The notes under the pieces are model-generated. The model was not told the DNA's origin. It did not search any database and saw nothing but the letters and a program-made list of their open reading frames with translations. The position numbers and the translations under genes are program-made. From the IMG/VR virus record IMGVR_UViG_3300040971_000130, positions 1 to 46,425 of that record: DNA of 46,425 nucleotides. One strand, written 5' to 3'. Position 1 is the stretch's first letter, and every line of letters begins with the position of its first letter. The DNA comes from a virus (Duplodnaviria; Caudoviricetes). Shown here one piece after another: positions 45,014-46,425 of the stretch.

Positions 45014-46103
45014 TGGTCAACTTGGATTTTGTCTGCTGGGGGATCAAATGGGCGTAACGCATGGTCATTTGCACGGTGGAATGGCGCATCAGGTCCATGA
45101 GTTCCAGCAGCGAGACCTGGCCGGATTGGGCCAGCCACGACGCGAAGGTATGCCTCCATGTGTGAAACCATACGCGCTTACGCGTGTCCGTGAGCCCGGC
45201 GTTGAAGCCAATCTCGTTCACAATGGTCATGAACGTGTTGGGGATGCCGCATGTGATTTGACCGCCGCCGCGCCGCTGGAAGATGTACTCGGAGGGCTTT
45301 CGGGCATAATCCACCAAGATCTGGAGCACGTCGGCGGGTACGGGGACCACGGCATAGGTGCCGCCCTTTTCGCGTACGTGCAGGGCGGACTGTTCGGCCA
45401 GGATGTCCTGGTAGGTCAGGGTCAGGATCTCCGTTGCCCGCAGCCCGGTTCGCAGCGACAGCAGGGACATGTCGTGGACCTGCTTGGTCCGCTTGCGGAG
45501 CGCTGCCAGCAGCTCTTTGGCTTCGGCGGGAGTGAAGAAGCGCACCCCGGCATTTTCCGGTTTGCGCAGATGAAAGGGCGAATTTCGGGCGGACCTGAAG
45601 GGATTTTGACCCTGATACTTGCCGTTCTGAATGGCGAAGTTTATGGCTCGACGCACCCAGGCAAAGCAGGCGTTGACCGTGGCCGTGGCCATGCGCTGCC
45701 CGAGCTTGGCCTTCAGTGCCACGAGGATGTCGGAGTTGATGTCGGAGATTGCCAGGTGTCCGAGCACCTTGGCGATGTGGTCATCATAGCGGGCCTTGTC
45801 CTGCCGGATCTTGCGCCCTTCGGCCTGTGCCCAGATCACGAAGGACTGGACGGCCTGGTCCACGATCATGCCCTCGGACCGACCCGGATCTGGCCCGGCC
45901 GTGGGACGTACTCCGGTGATGAGCTGCATGCGTCTGTTGTGTGCCTCGGTCGCGGTCATGCCCTCGCTTGCCCACCCGACGGTGACGCGGCGGCCCTTGA
46001 CATAGACCTCATAGCAGCGGTCGGGCAGCCCCCTGTAGCGCTTCACATCGGACTCACGATATGTCACGCCGCGATGCTTTGTCTTAACCCTGTCGCGCCC
46101 CAT
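44985..46103 (-). CDS. int: Tyrosine integrase
   Basis: RTGLRATE (R), K, HTWRHT (HxxR), MRHSTVQMTMRY (H, Y); adjacent to att. Confidence 0.95.
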   Translation of the reverse strand: MGRDRVKTKHRGVTYRESDVKRYRGLPDRCYEVYVKGRRVTVGWASEGMTATEAHNRRMQLITGVRPTAGPDPGRSEGMIVDQAVQSFVIWAQAEGRKIRQDKARYDDHIAKVLGHLAISDINSDILVALKAKLGQRMATATVNACFAWVRRAINFAIQNGKYQGQNPFRSARNSPFHLRKPENAGVRFFTPAEAKELLAALRKRTKQVHDMSLLSLRTGLRATEILTLTYQDILAEQSALHVREKGGTYAVVPVPADVLQILVDYARKPSEYIFQRRGGGQITCGIPNTFMTIVNEIGFNAGLTDTRKRVWFHTWRHTFASWLAQSGQVSLLELMDLMRHSTVQMTMRYAHLIPQQTKSKLTIISDLLDRS

Positions 46104-46125
46104 GGCTACACAGAATCCGCCCAAC

Positions 46126-46147
46126 AACTGGCCCAAAACTGGCCCAA
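46126..46147. promoter_or_regulatory. Putative integrase arm-type sites (right arm)
   Basis: Tandem AACTGGCCCAA x2 just upstream of the int start. Confidence 0.65.
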
Positions 46148-46218
46148 TCCAGCTATGTGGCAACCAGCAGCGCTATCGCAACCAGATGTTATATATATAC
46201 TTTTCATCATTTTAAAAA

Positions 46219-46293
<75 letters not shown>

Positions 46294-46298
46294 ATTGT

Positions 46299-46373
<75 letters not shown>

Positions 46374-46382
46374 ATTTTCTCG

Positions 46383-46425
46383 TGGAGCGGGAAACGGGAC
46401 TCGAACCCGCAACCCTCAGCTTGGA
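46383..46425 (-). tRNA. tRNA-Gly(TCC), 3' part cut by the window edge
   Basis: TCCAAGCTGAGGGTTGCGGGTTCGAGTCCCGTTTCCCGCTCCA. Confidence 0.85.

Overview
Nearly the whole window (104-46242) is one apparently intact ~46.1 kb temperate siphovirus-like prophage. It is integrated at the 3' end of a minus-strand tRNA-Gly(GCC) in a Gly-Cys-Gly tRNA cluster and is bounded by a 24-bp direct repeat. Left to right it carries: att, a cos-like signal, D5/P4 helicase, an iteron-like origin, DnaG-like primase, a C5 DNA methyltransferase apparently split over two overlapping frames, and terminase small and large subunits (lambda Nu1/GpA type). A ~5.7 kb accessory island follows, then lambda-type head genes, a lysis cassette, a long non-contractile tail module, a lipoprotein moron, the cI/cro/cII switch, an early operon, xis, int and att. 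The most notable part is the island between terL and gpW. It holds (i) a ParB-like + SAM-methyltransferase-like + radical-SAM trio, a candidate DNA-modification system, and (ii) a separately promoted operon behind a perfect 14-bp inverted repeat. That operon encodes AcrIF9-like and AcrVA2-like proteins, three unknown small proteins (new Acr candidates) and a terminal ribbon-helix-helix protein (candidate new Aca-type regulator). Also unusual is a distal-tail protein fused to an M14 zinc carboxypeptidase. Family assignments come from motifs recognised by eye and from memory, not from database searches.
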